64,000 bases of DNA. Source: Eledone cirrhosa (taxonomy: Eukaryota). Shown in pieces: positions 11,495 through 25,098 of this stretch (its first letter is position 1; every line of letters starts with the position of its first letter). The stretch is from assembly GCA_964016885.1 (NCBI GenBank), contig OZ024757.1, forward strand, positions 992,001 to 1,056,000, written 5' to 3'. A program made the translations under genes and the position numbers. The notes below the pieces were generated by a model. That model searched no databases and was not told the DNA's origin. It saw nothing but the letters and a program-made list of their open reading frames with translations.

Positions 11495-13330
11495 TACACA
11501 TACATATATACACACACACATATATACACACACACATATACATTAATAACAATAATAATAATAATAATAACAACAATAATAATATACATATACATATATA
11601 TATACACACACATGCACACACATAAACATATCTATACACACACACACACACGATAGCAACTAACAGCGCTACGATCGAATGTGGCTTTTTAGCCCAGCCA
11701 ATGATCTAAAATGTCTTGCACAGTCGGCAACCAAAACATTCACTGGGAATAGTCGGCTGTGGTTGGAGTTCGTGTACTTTTGCATGTCGTTTGAGCCCTC
11801 CTGCTGATTTACATTCCCTACCACATGTTTGGCAAGCATGATGAGTAGCATCTCCAACAGCAGCCTGGTAGTCAACCACTGGTCTTACTTTATAACTGCG
11901 AAGATGACTTTCGAGTCCAGCTTTGCTTACGCAGAGTCTCGCACAGACGCTGCATGTCAGCACCATAGGAGGACCTTCGTCGTCTGGAAGTGCAACAGCA
12001 ATGCCCTTCCTCACATCCCGCTTTACTTTCTCGTATGTGATTCGAGATGCCTCAAAGGCAACTTTTCCCTCATATACAGTCTTTCTCCATTTATTACGAT
12101 CAGCAGCAATATTTTCCCATGTATCAGCAGAGATGTTAGCGTCTTTCAAAGAGGCTTTCAAGGAATCCTTATACCTCTTTTTTGGTTTATGTGGCGGTCG
12201 TTTTCCTTTAACTAACTCTCCATAAAAGAGTTGTTTTGGTATTCTAGAATCCTTCATCCTGGCAAGGTGACAACTCCAACGGAGTCGTTGCTTAAGCACA
12301 AGAGCTTCTATACTGTCACACAGAGAGCTTTCCAAAATCTCGACATCACTGATCTGGTCCCTCCAGTGAACGCCATGGATCCGTCTGAGACACATCTGAT
12401 GGAAACGCTCCAATTGCTTAAGGTGGTGTCGATATGTGACCCAGGTCTCGCAGGCATAAAGAAGACAAGAGAGCACACATGCCCTGTACACCTTTACCTT
12501 TGTCCTCCTGCATATGTCTCGCCGACCCCAGAGTCGCCTTTCTAGCTTTCCGAAAGCATCACTTGCTTTCCTAATCCTAAGTGAGATTTCACTGTCAAGG
12601 TTGCTGTATCGATTGACAGTGCTTCCCAGGTAGACAAACTGATCAACCACTCCAAGTCGTTTACCATACACATAGATATTTGGTTCAGTGTACTGCTTAC
12701 CAGGGGCAGGTTGGTACATGACGACGGTTTTCTTGAGACTGACAGTCAATCCTAGGGCAGTGCAAGCGTCAGAAAATGCATTCAAAATGTGCTGCATATC
12801 ACTCTATGTGTGCGCTACACGATCGCAATCATCTGCATACAAGAGGTCTCTTAAGATTGATGTAAATACTTTTGTCTTTGCAGCAAAGCGCCTGATGTTA
12901 AATATGATGCCTGAGGTTCAATATCGGATGTAAACAACATGCTCGCAATTCCTGAATGCAATACAGAAAACCATTGCAAAATATATGGCAAACAGGGTCG
13001 GTGCTGGAATATCCCCCTGTTTCACTCCATTTTTTACTGAGATAGGCTCCAACATGTTACCTCCGACATTAACCCAAGCCTTCATGTCGTCATGGAAAGA
13101 CCTAACTAAAGCAAGGAACTCATCAGGGCAACCAAGTTTCTGGAGAACCTTCCATAATGCATTTCTGTTAACAGTATCGAAAGCTTTTGTCAGATCGACA
13201 AAATCCTGATACAGATTCAAGCCTTGTTCCTGGCACTTCTCCTGCAGCTGTCTAGCTGAGAAGATCATATCAGTAGTGTCGCGTCCAGCACGAAAACCAG
13301 ATTGACTTTCAGGAAGAACACAATCTGCAA
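11354..13330 (-). mobile_element. 5'-truncated RTE (BovB-like) LINE, family A, with C-terminal C2H2 fingers and frameshifts
   Basis: LPESQSGFRAGR, FVDLTKAFDTV, GVKQG, FVYLGS, LLYACETW, RIPKQLFYGEL; microsatellite-rich 3' UTR; terminus matches 45066-45104. Confidence 0.92.
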
Positions 13331-13350
13331 TGTATACATACATACATACA

Positions 13351-13396
<46 letters not shown>

Positions 13397-13397
13397 A

Positions 13398-13724
13398 GGA
13401 GGCACAGTGGTTAGAGCATTGGCCTTGCAATCGAAAGGTTGTGAGTTCAATTCTCAGACCGGGTGATGTGTTGTTTCCTTGAGCAAGACACTTAATTTCA
13501 CATTGCTCCAGTTTACTCAGCTTTAGAAATGAGATGATAGGGACTGGGGTCCCTATCATTCCACTTCAAAGTGGTCGTGGAGGTGCCACGGCAAAAAAGC
13601 ACCCAGCACTCACTGTAAATGAGGTTGGTGTTAGGAAAGGCATCCAGCTGTAGAAATCAAGCCATCATCAGTTCCCGTCCCACCCCTGCAAGCAGGGAAA
13701 AGCGGACGTAAAATGAAATGATGA

Positions 13725-13728
<4 letters not shown>
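13398..13728 (+). mobile_element. SINE family A copy
   Basis: Near-identical to 9834-10166. Confidence 0.88.
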
Positions 13729-13766
<38 letters not shown>

Positions 13767-14194
13767 GTGTCAGAAACTGGCGTTAGTCCCTGTAATTCAT
13801 GAGTTCAAAGGAAAAAGAATCCTGGGCTCTTCAAATATAATACAGAGAAGAAAACACAAGAGAAAGAGAGTGTGTCCATCGGGTTACAGGGAATACCACC
13901 AGCGTATGGAACTTATAAACTAAGAAAGGTGAGGTAGATACATTCTGAGTTCAAATCCCGCCATGGTTAACTTTGCCGGGGTCGATAAAATAAAGTACCA
14001 GTAATGCACTGGGGTAATTGCTGGCCTTGTGCCAAAAGTAGAAACATAATTAAAAAGATGAATTGAAATGAAACTTGCCACCTTTATGTGTGATATTTCG
14101 TTATAAAAGTGGCTTGTTTTATTTTATGATTGTATCCCCTGTAACCTAATGGACACTCTCTCCTGTGTTTTCTCCTCTACACTATATATATATA

Positions 14195-16065
14195 TCATCA
14201 TCACCGTTTTACGTCCATTCTTCCACGCTAGCATGGGTTAGACGGGTTGTCCTGTTGTGGGCAGTGTCCGGTTGGCTGACCTTGTCTTGCTCATCCAGGA
14301 ACTGATTCTGGCTTGACTTCTACAGCTGGATACCCTTCCTAACACCAACGTCATTTACAGTGAGTGCTGGGTGCTTTTTTCCTTTGTGCCTACACGTCCA
14401 CTTTACAGTGTGGGCTGAGTGCTTTTTTGCCGTGGCACTTCCATAACCACTTTGCAGTGGGAGGGTGTGGGGGCATATTGTCTATATGTTTCAGCTTTGG
14501 CTTGTACCTGTGGGGGGTCGGGTCTTCTGTATTACTGCGTGACACCAGAGGTCACGGTCCTGTGTCATCGCCTTTGAGAGGTGTAATTGGGTAAGGTCGG
14601 CTTTTATCACCTCATCCCAGGTCTTCTTGGGTCTCCCCACTCGACTTCTAGTGCTCTGCGCCTTTTTATGCAGCTGTCATCCTTCATGTGCACCACATGT
14701 CCATACCAACGCAACCTCCCCTCCTGCACACAGCATTTGATTCCTTTTATGCTCAGTCTCTCTCTCAATTCATTTATGCATTGCCGTTCGCGTATATTAT
14801 TATTACACATCCATCGGAGCATGCAGGCTTCGTTTCTTTCTAATCTATGCAAGTCTTCCATAGACAGCGCCCAGATTTCACTACCATGTAACATTGCTGT
14901 TCATATACACGCATCATATAGTCTGCCTTTCATTTTGAGGGAAAAGCCTTTTGCAGCTAGCAGTGGCAGTAGCTCCCTGAACTTCTTCCATCCTGTTCTT
15001 ACCCTAGTTATTGTACTTTCCGAACACCTACCTCCACTGCTAATTTGGTCACCTAGGTAGCAGAAACTGTCTGCTGTTTCTACAGAGCCCTCCCAGAGTT
15101 TGGGGGTACTTGTTTCCTGTGGCTGTTTGCTGCTTGCTGTCCCAGCACAGCTGCTACATGTGAAGCCTACATTCTTAGTTAAGCTTCCTGAGATCCCGCT
15201 ACATCTCTTGTGTACACTGCATTTGGGGCAGAGAATGGAGTTCCTACTACACCTTTCCTACATACTGAGCAAGGCCATTTCCCTGAGGGGATCTGGGTTC
15301 TGTTTTCTCATCTACTTACAAGGACCTTAGTCTTTGTCAGGTTGACTTTGAGACCCTTTCTTTCTAGTCCCTGCTTCCAAGTTTGGAATTTCTTCTCTAG
15401 TTCTACCATAGATTCAGCTATAAGTGTGAGGTCATCTGCATACAGGAGTTCCCATGGGCATCCGGTCTTAAACTCCTCCGTTATTGCCTGCAGGACTATG
15501 ATGAACAGGAGAGGGCTAAGAACAGAGCCCTGGTGGACACCGACCTGTACGCTAAATTCCTCGCTATACTCATTGCTAATCCTAACTTTGCTGACTGCTC
15601 CCCTATACATGGCTTGTACAGCTTTCACAAGCCATTCATCTACTCCTAGTTTTCTAAGAGCCCACCAGATTACAGCATGTGGAACTCTGTCAAAGGCTTT
15701 CTTGAGATCGACGAATGCCAGGTAGAGTGGCTTACTTTTAGCTAGGTACTTTTCCTGTAACTGCGTCACAAAGAAGAGGGCATCAGTGGTGCCTCTTCCT
15801 GGCACAAACCCTAATTGCATCTCATCTAGTTTCACCTGGTCCCTAATCAACTGTGCTATAGCTCTTTCTGTTACTTTCATTACCTGGTCCTTCAGCTTTA
15901 TACCTCTATAGTTTCCTCTATCTAATGCATCACCTTTACCTTTGTAGCAGTTGACAATGATGCTACTGCACCAATCCTTTGGAAGACACCTAGTATTACC
16001 TGGTTAACAATACGTGTGGTTATAGTGTGACCTACAGACCCAGATGCCTTCAGCATCTCGGCAAC
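14195..16065 (-). mobile_element. 5'-truncated RTE LINE, family B (PHD-like insertion in RT), disabled
   Basis: QLGFVPGRGTTDA, AFVDLKKAFDRVP, GVHQGSVLSPLLF, LLYADDL, MLHGSEIW, RLRWYGHV; (GAT)n tail. Confidence 0.93.
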
Positions 16066-16142
16066 TATATATATATATATAAGATCCCGTTAAGGGTGAA
16101 AGCAGCGGTTCTTTGCTTAAACTTTAATCTGTTATTTTAATA

Positions 16143-16227
<85 letters not shown>

Positions 16228-16232
<5 letters not shown>

Positions 16233-17121
16233 TATTGAAGTTTGCTTGAAGCATTGTGGAATAATAACATTTTTTTTTTGGGGGGGGGTTCGTTTTGGAA
16301 GCCTCAACAATGCAGATGGGTAAATCTCCGGGTAACAGAATCGGTGGTGAAGAGAGAGATGTAAGGGAATGTAGAATTAGATGTATATTGTGTAGAGGAA
16401 CGTAGGAAAGAGCGTAAAAAATAAAAATTATAACACGAGATAGAGTTACCTTGGGAGAGATTTAATTGTCCCTATATTTTGGATTCGCATCGATCAACTG
16501 GAGGGTTTTCCGGGGGGGGGGGAGTTATCTGTTGTCTGCTGTTTGTGTGTAACTGAGATATTCTGTAGAGCGCAAATGCGCGCGGAATAGGTGCAGTCAA
16601 GCAAAGGTCAAAGCAGCTCCTTTTTATTGTGGGAGTGGGATGGCGTTAGCTGTCAATTCATTGTACTACCTATATGTACTGGCAGTACTATTGGTACTAG
16701 CAGTGTAGTAGTCTGTCTGGTCGCTTGTTGGTCGGTGGATGGTGGGGGGTGCTAAACACACAATAACAATCGTTCGAAGGCCATTGTGTGTGTGCGTGTG
16801 TTGTTGTCTTGTTTGTTTACACCAGCCACCTCATCTCGCTTCTCTTGGATCAAGGAGCACATCAGCTCCAGGGCCTTGTCCTTCTGGAAACACATAACCA
16901 AATGCGGAAACAAAGATGGAAGGCCCATTGTCACAGTGCTAGCGACACTACGCGACGTCGGCATGTTACGAATCAAGGAAGCACTTTGGATCAAACGCCT
17001 AGGACCACAAATAAATAACCTATTCGAGAGAAGCGAGACGAGGTGGCTAGTGTAAACAAACGAGACAACAACACACGCACACACACACACAGTGGCATTC
17101 GAACGATTGTTATTGTGTGTT
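16228..17121. mobile_element. PLE 3' remnant in fold-back arrangement, retaining the GIY-YIG C-terminus
   Basis: Inverted arms 16755-16844 and 17029-17121; + frame encodes IKEH...H...C...LRIKEALWIKRLGPQIN, typical of PLE endonuclease ends; (TA)n on both sides. Confidence 0.75.
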
Positions 17122-17149
17122 ATTATATATATATATATATATATGTATA

Positions 17150-17740
17150 TATTGGTTTTGCGAGGTTTTTTATATGAAATCGCGTGTCGAAACAAATATT
17201 GTTATACTTGGGGAGGGTCATATTTGTGTAATAATATTGCCAGAATTAATAACAGAACACACTCACTGTTTGGTTGGTTTTCGCTTCTGTGTCTTTTATA
17301 TCGGTTAATTTTATTTATTCGGTCCTCAATGTTTACCATTGACTGACCAATGGTCAAACATACAGATATAATATAGACACAAACACATATATATAGTCTA
17401 ACAAAGTTCTTTCGTTGCACATCTGCAACATCATCAGTGATGCTATTATGTTTCCTCCTGTTGTATTGTATGTCTACGCCATCTTTAATGGCGTAGCCAT
17501 ACAATACAACAGGAGGAAATATAATAATACAACTGATGATGTTAGACTATATATATGTGTTTGTGTCTATATTGTATCTGTATTTTTGACCGTTGGTCAG
17601 TCAATGGTAAACAATGAGGACCGAATAAATTAAATTAACTGATATAAAAGACACAGAAGCGAAAACCAACCAAACAGTGAGTGTGTTCTGTTATTAATTC
17701 TGGCAATATTATTACACAAAAATGACCCTCCCAAAGTATA
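17150..17740. mobile_element. Palindromic PLE-like 3' remnant
   Basis: About 530-bp imperfect palindrome 17205-17738 centred near 17485; hammerhead-like CUGAUGA-u-GUUGCA-gaug-UGCAAC-GAAA-GAAC-UU on the minus strand at 17398-17443, deleted from the right arm. Confidence 0.65.
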
Positions 17741-17789
17741 TGTATATATATATGTATATATATATGTGTATATATATATATATATATAT

Positions 17790-18397
17790 ACAGTAATAAG
17801 GAGTATTCCAAAGCTTGGTAGAACAAGTTGTGAGGAAAGTTCTCAACATACGTTAAGGTGACTCGACAGATTGGTAGGGATTCAGTAGTGAAAACAATTG
17901 TTAATACGTGGATTAAATTCTTTTGTAACTGTTTACCTTCGTCCTATTTCTCTTTTTTGATATATATGTAAAAGTTCTATTTAAATTGTTGGGATACAAC
18001 AAGCAAATATTTTTATAACTGATATAAAGCACTCAACAAATATTTGGAGTAAAAACGATATTAACAAATGGAAACTATATTTATAAAACCATATTTATTT
18101 CATTATACATATTTCAAGGACACCAAGTTAAATTATGGTGTGCTTTCATCAGATAAAATATAATATAGATCAGTTTTATAAATAAATATTGACATACCCT
18201 TAAAAAATGCAACCATTACCGGGAGCTTCCAACAGTAATGGTTGCATTTTTTAAGGGTATGTCAATATTTATTTATAAAAATGATCTATATTATATTTTA
18301 TCTGATGAAAGCACACCATAATTTAACTTGGTGTCCTTGAAATATGTATAATGAAATAAATATGGTTTTATAAATATAGTTTCCATTTGTTAATATC

Positions 18398-18400
<3 letters not shown>
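17790..18400. mobile_element. Fold-back PLE 3' remnant (related to 31242-34013)
   Basis: Arms 18056-18219 and 18235-18399; the left arm has a longer 3' extension homologous to 31250-31330. Confidence 0.8.
18294..18358 (+). ncRNA. Type I hammerhead ribozyme (mirror copy at 18097-18161 on -)
   Basis: tattttat-CTGATGA-aagcacacc-loop-ggtgtcctt-GAAA-tatgta-TA-atgaaata; helices I and II pair. Confidence 0.82.
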
Positions 18401-18458
<58 letters not shown>

Positions 18459-18645
18459 GTGAGAGAATATGCTCCGAAATCATTAGACATGTCCATTGAA
18501 CCTGCAGGTCCAGAATCAGACAGATCCAGACAATGATCACGACTCGAGCTGTCCGCCGGCGAAACAATTGTAACACAATAAATTGAGTTCAGATGCATCA
18601 CTGATTTTTCGTTTTCTATTCTATATATATATATATATTTATGTA

Positions 18646-18845
18646 ACGAAGGAAATGTGGTAAGGAACCAGGTGGACCATAACGCACCAAAGTACTCAAT
18701 ACTTGAGGTAGTAGAGTGGGTAATAGGAACCAGTAAGACCCCGACAGCTGAGCTCAAGCCGTTTCGACGGCTAATTCTGGACTCAGTCCAGAATTAGCCG
18801 TCGAAACGGCTTGAGCTCAGCTGTCGGGGTCTTACTGGTTCCTAT
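18646..18845. mobile_element. Short fold-back element (also at 25219-25373; fragments near 37920 and 63030)
   Basis: Perfect arms 18724-18782 and 18785-18843; carries the 3' half of a hammerhead, GAAA-CGGC-ttgagctca-GCTG-TC. Confidence 0.7.
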
Positions 18846-18902
18846 ATTTATGTATATATATATATATATGTATATGTGTGTGTATATATATATAAATGTA
18901 TA

Positions 18903-18961
<59 letters not shown>

Positions 18962-19004
18962 TCATGTGTGTGAGTATATATATATATATGTGTATATATA
19001 TATA

Positions 19005-21668
19005 TTTAGCAGTATTGGTTATTATTGTTGTCGCCACTTTAGCAGGGTGGTAGAATCAGTGGTCGTTAGTTGCCAGTGTGGTAAGTGATAGTATGCTCGT
19101 TGGATTATCTTGTTGACAGAGACGTGAGGGAAGGTCCCTCGATCTATTTACCATCTATTTACAATATTCCTTTCGTCAGGTCGCCAATTCCAGCAGCATG
19201 GATTAAAGATGTCATGGAGACACAAGTAACATAACAACGACTTCAACCGCAGTAATTAGAGATGAAATGTTTGTTTAATTATATGGTGGAAGTTACAGAT
19301 AAAAATAGGTTACATTAGGGAATGTGCCATTGTGCCGTTAAGCCGGCGAGGCTAGGGGTGCAATATCTCACTGCTACATAATGCGTGTTGCTGGCTCGAA
19401 ATTTCTGGTACAAGAGAGAGATTCTTCAAATCTTCGCGGGGAATTTCTTCCTCAGGGCGCGTAGGGATACATCCTCTTCTACTGGCGCTGATTGGCTGAA
19501 CTGAGCCAAATCACGCACAGAGAATGTATGTGAGCCCGCGGAATGTAGGTCACTACATCACCTCCAACCAGATTTTCAGGCGAAAATCGATAACGAAGAA
19601 ACCAAGGACCCACATATTATTGAATCAGCAAGAACAAATGCTGAAAGAGCACATCAGTGAAAAATTAATTGAGCAGAAGGTTGCATGCAAGAACAAAAAA
19701 TGAGGCGCTACGGGCCGTGTTGAGCGGCTGTGTCAAATGACCAATTGTTTTGTTGTTTATACGTGACCGCCAAAGGTCTAACAAAAAACGGATAAAGTCT
19801 GACATGGGCGAGGTTGCTGTTCTTGCATTAAATGTTAATGGTAAGCGTTGTACCAGTAGCTGTGAACGAAGCTATTATGGTAGTTTACCAGTGCTGGCGA
19901 GAAAATGATGGCCCCCAGATGTATTGTCGAATGTGCTGTGGAGCCAGGAAAAAATGGCTGGTTGCTTTGTAAAGAACAAAAGGCAAGTTTAATCTGTAGG
20001 TGGGTTGCAGTGTAAATTCCATAATTCGGGCGAATCCACAGAAGTGGCCGAAATGTTGACAAGTCCAGTTCAATTTGTTGCTTTCCCAGCGAGTCGGGCA
20101 AAAACAACAATACGGATGGCCGTCATGGACGATCAGTGTGCAACGAGATGCAAAGCTGTTTGAGTTCAGCTGCAATTAGTAGTCTCGTGTAGCGGTGACT
20201 GTTTGAATCCAGTGGATTAAGCTCTGTGAGCTGCCAGCATCTCAACCAGGTGAAAAGGGACTCGCAGAATATTACGTTTGAAGAACATATACCAAGAACA
20301 ACATGTTGGTGTGTGATAAAAAAAATGTGTGCATATGCAGGCATGTAAAACAGCAAAGAATGTGAATGAACAAAAACCATGAGCAAGCAAATAGCAAAAG
20401 CACACAAAACAAGTAAATGCATTCTACAAAGAAATATGTGAATGCAACAAACTGATAATTCAAAGTCAATCTAGGGGAGCAGAGAAATTGCTCAATAAGT
20501 TCAAAGTTTTTCAAAGTCAAATAGTTCACACATCACCAGTGTACAGACACTAGTTCTATCTGAAAACTGAAAAAGAAGTTTGTTACTGCCGTTAGGGGTT
20601 AGATGTATGGTGTTTTTGTGAGATTTCGTGGCCATTTTACCGTCCCGAAGGTTTTGTCGCTTATTGTTAAAGCAAAGTCAAAGAATCTTCTGTAGAGTAG
20701 GAGTCACCAAATATGGCAGTCACGTCTGACGCCATAATGGTGAGAAAACTACTGTCTCAATTTCTCGCGTCCCTGTGGTAACGAGACAGAAGGTATGGTG
20801 GTTGCGTCGGTAAAGTTACAAGCCGTTTCGAAATTTCCGATGTGTGGTGGTTGGCGTCGGTAAGGTTATGAAGCTGCCACTCACTGTTCCCTGTATTGGT
20901 CAGTGGTTAAACAACGCTGTCGCTGCTGCTGTCATTGTTGTTGTCAAGCGTAGCCATGACATGTCGATAGCCATCTTGAAATTTTTTCGTGGCGAAAAAG
21001 TTTTTGAAACACTGCTAATTTTTCAAAAATCTTAAAAGGAACATTCTGGATTTTCGCAAGTTGCGACGTGGCAATAAAAGTTAAACTGAATGAATAAGAA
21101 GGGCTGCGTGATATTCTTACGTCGGTCACCACTTTAGCAGTATTGGTTATTAGCAGGGTGGTAGAATCAGTGGTCGTTAGTTGCCAGTGTGGTAAGTGAT
21201 AGTATGCTCGTTGGATTATCTTGTTGACAGAGACGTGAGGGAAGGTCCCTCGATCTATTTACCATCTATTTACAATATTCCTTTCGTCAGGTCGCCAATT
21301 CCAGCAGCATGGATTAAAGATGTCATGGAGACACGAGTAACATAACAACGACTTCAACCGCAGTAATTAGAGATGAAATGTTTGTTTATTTATATGGTTG
21401 AAGTTACAGATAAAAAGAGGTTACAAAAGGGCATGTGCCATTGTGCCGTTAAGCCGGCGAGGCTAGGGGTGCAATATCTCACTGCTACATAATGCGTGTT
21501 GCTGGCTCGAAATTTCTGGTACAAGAGAGAGATTCTTCAAATCTTCGCGGGGAATTTCTTCCTCAGGGCGCGTAGGGATACATCCTCTTCTACTGGCGCT
21601 GATTGGCTGAACTGAGCCAAATCACGCACAGAGAATGTATGTGAGCCCGCGGAATGTAGGTCACTACA
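19005..21668 (-). mobile_element. Non-autonomous or decayed LTR retrotransposon (Gypsy-like)
   Basis: About 540-550 bp direct repeats at 19005-19557 and 21133-21668, starting TGTAGTG on -; PBS-like TGGTGACCGACGT at 21119-21131; purine-rich TGGTTGGAGGTGA at 19558-19570; no intact internal ORF. Confidence 0.82.
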
Positions 21669-21696
21669 TATATATATGCATGGGGGTGTATATATA

Positions 21697-24270
21697 ACTT
21701 GGTGGTGGAACAATAAGGTAGATGAGGCAGTTAAGGCCAAGAGACAGGCATGGAAAGAATGGAAGAACGGGGGGAGCAGGGTACATTACATAGGGACCAA
21801 GAGGGAAGCTAGGCGACAAGTATACTTAGCTAGGAGGGAAGCAGAGGATAGAAAATTCAAGCATGTTTTGCAACGTGAGGACCAGAAACAGGAGGTGTTC
21901 AAGATTGCGAGGCAGTGTGTCAGAGAGAATTGTGATGTCATTGGAGAGAAGTGTATCCGGAATGATAAAGGTGAGCTTGCCCTCACAAGTGCTGAGAAGA
22001 AAGATGCATGGAAGAGTCATTATGATAGATTACTAAATGAGGAGAATGCATGGGAAGAAGAGACCCTACCCAAGTAGATCCTATAGAGGGGCCAGCAGCA
22101 GCGTAGTAAGTAAGGCAATCAAAGATATGAAGATGGGGAAGGCAACCGGTCCATCGGGTATAGCTGCCGAGATGCTGAAGGCATCTGGGTCTGTAGGTCA
22201 CACTATAACCACACGTATTGTTAACCAGGTAATACTAGAAGGTGTCATACCAAAAGATTGGTGCAGTAGCATCATTGTCAACTGCTACAAAGGTAAAGGT
22301 GATGCACTCGATAGAGGAAACTATAGAGATATAAAGCTGATGGATCAGGTCATGAAAGTAACAGAAAGAGTTATAGCACAGTTGATTAGGGACCGGGTGA
22401 AACTAGATGAGATGCAATTAGGGTTTGTGCCAGGAAGAGGCACCACTGATGCCCTCTTCCTTGTGAAGCAGTTACAGGAAAAGTACCTAGCTAAAAGTAA
22501 GCCACTCTACCCGGCATTCGTCGATCTCAAGAAAGCCTTTGACAGAGTTCCACGTGCTGTAATCTGTGGACTCTTAGAAAACTAGGAGTAGATGAATGGC
22601 TTGTGATAGCTGTACAAGCCATGTATAGGGGAGCAGTCAACAAAGTTAGGATTAGCAATGAGTATAGCGAGGAATTTAGCGTACAGGTCGGTGTCCACCA
22701 GGGCTCTATTCTTAGCCCTCTCCTGTTCATCATAGTCCTGTAGGCAATAACGGAGGAGTTTAAGACCGGATGCCCATGGGAACTCCTGTATGCTGATGAC
22801 CTCGCACTTATAGCTGAATCTATGGTAGAACTAGAGAAGAAATTCCAAACTTGGAAGCAGGGACTAGAAAAAAGTGTCTCAAAGTCAACATGACAAAGAC
22901 TAAGGTCCTTGTAAGTAGATGAGAAAACAGAACCCAGATCCCCTCAGGGAAATGGCCTTGCTTAGTATGTAGGAAAGGTTTAGGTAGGAACTACCTTCTC
23001 TGCCCCAAATGCAAAGAATGGGTACACAAGAGATGTAGCGGGATCTCAGGAAGCTTAATTAAGAATGTAGGCTTCACATGCAGCAGCTGTACTGGGACAG
23101 CAAGCAGCAAACAGTCACAGGAAACAAGTACCACCAATCTCTGGGAGGGCTCTGTAGAGACAGTAGACAGCTTCTGCTACCTAGGTGACCGAATTAGCAG
23201 CGGAGGTGGGTGTTCAGAAAGTACAATAACTAGGGTAAGAATGGGATGGAAGAAGTTCAGGGAACTACTACCACTGCTAGCTGCAAAAGGCTTCTCCCTC
23301 AAAATGAAAGGCAGACTATATGATGCGTGTATATGAACAGCAATGTTACATGGTAGTGAAATCTGGGCGCTGTCTATGGAAGACTTGCATAGATTAGAAA
23401 GAAACGAAGCCTGCATGCTCCGATGGATGTGTAATAATAATATACGCGAACGGCAATGCATAAATGAATTGAGAGAGAGACTGAGCATAAGAGGAATCAA
23501 ATGCTGTGTGCAGGAGGGGAGGTTGCGTTGGTATGGACATGTGATGCGTATGAAGGATGACAGCTGCATAAAAAGGTGCAGAGCACTAGAAGTCGAGTGG
23601 AGAGACCCAAGAAGACCTGGGATGAGGTGATAAAAGCCGACCTTACCCAATTACACCTCTCAAAGGCGATGACACAGGACCGTGACCTCTGGCGTCAGGC
23701 AGTAATACAGAAGACCCGACCCCCCACGGGTACAAGCCGTTGGTATGAACATGTGATGCGTATGAAGGATGACAGCTGCATAAAAAGGTGCAGAGTACTA
23801 GAAGTCGATGGAAACCGTGGAGTGGAGAGACCCAAGATGACCTGGGATGAGATGATAAAAGCCGACCTTACCCAATTACACCTCTCAAAGGCGATGACAC
23901 AGGACCGTGACCTCTGGCGTCACACAGTAATACAGAGTACCCGACCTCGCATGGGTACAAGTTGAAGCATATAAACAATATGCCCCCACACCCCCCACTG
24001 CAAGGTGGTTGTCGAGGTGCCACGACAAAAAAGCACCCAGCCCACACTGTAAAGTGGACGTGTAGGCACCACGAAAAAGCACCCAGCACTCACTGTAAAT
24101 GAGGTTGGTGTTAGGAAGGGCATCCAGCTGTAGAAATCAAGCCAAATCAGTTCCTGTATGAGCAAGTCATGGTCAGCTGACCAGACACTGCTCACAACAG
24201 GACAACCCGTCTAACCCATGCTAACGTGGAAGAACGGACGTAAAACGGTGATTATGATGATGATGATGAT
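21697..24270 (+). mobile_element. 5'-truncated RTE LINE family B, disabled, with a tandem duplication near the ORF end
   Basis: TWWWN..V, GKATGPSG, NYRDIKL, FVDLKKAFDRVP, YADD, Cys-rich WPC..C...C..C..WVHKRC...C..C; about 23525-23735 duplicated at 23737-23960. Confidence 0.93.
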
Positions 24271-24355
24271 ATAAATATATATATGTGTGTGTGTATATAT
24301 ATGTATATATATATATAAATATATATACATATATATATAGAGAGGTAGATAAATA

Positions 24356-24675
24356 TACACGGGTGTGTATGATTGTGTATAGAAGATTATATTAATAAAA
24401 GGAATTCAAACTTTGTCTGATTTACTCGTTTTATTTACAATCCTTTAAAATTTATCATGGTATTAGAATGAAATAGTATGGTAGAATATTAAATGTTAAG
24501 TGTTAATTGAACAAGTACTTTCATGCTTTCACAATCTTCAGGTTCATAATCTGTGGTGACAGTCAAGTTTGCAATTTTCAACTGCAATATATTTCTATTT
24601 CATTCTAATACCATTATACATTTTAAAGGATTGTAAATAAAACGAGTAAATCAGACAAAGTTGGAATTCCTTTTA

Positions 24676-24682
<7 letters not shown>
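24356..24682. mobile_element. Fold-back PLE 3' remnant (same family as 30467-30888)
   Basis: Arms about 24389-24476 and 24596-24682; hammerhead on - at 24508-24546. Confidence 0.78.
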
Positions 24683-24719
<37 letters not shown>

Positions 24720-24723
<4 letters not shown>

Positions 24724-25008
24724 AAAGAATAGAGGTGTAACACACAAGTTATTATATATTGGTAAACGGAATAGAAAATGCTGACAAATTGTTCACAGTT
24801 GAAAAATGGTTTAATTAGGAATAAAAGAGTATTAGTGATTGTATGGGTTAGTATTCAGTTGTGGTTTTAAGTTTTTAAGTTTTTTAAAAACTTAAAACCA
24901 CAACTGAATACTAACCCATACAATCACTAATACTCTTTTATTCCTAATTAAACCATTTTTCAACTGTGAACAATTTGTCAGCATTTTCTATTCCGTTTAC
25001 CAATATAT
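24720..25008. mobile_element. Fold-back element between (TA)n tracts
   Basis: Perfect arms about 24754-24878 and 24885-25008, with a short extension on the left. Confidence 0.65.
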
Positions 25009-25018
25009 ATATATATAT

Positions 25019-25098
<80 letters not shown>

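Noticed and set aside
18525-18580. Hammerhead at GAAA-CAATTG-TA (similar partial motifs near 16081 and 17190)
   Set aside because: The 5' core is missing or degenerate; at most decayed remnants.
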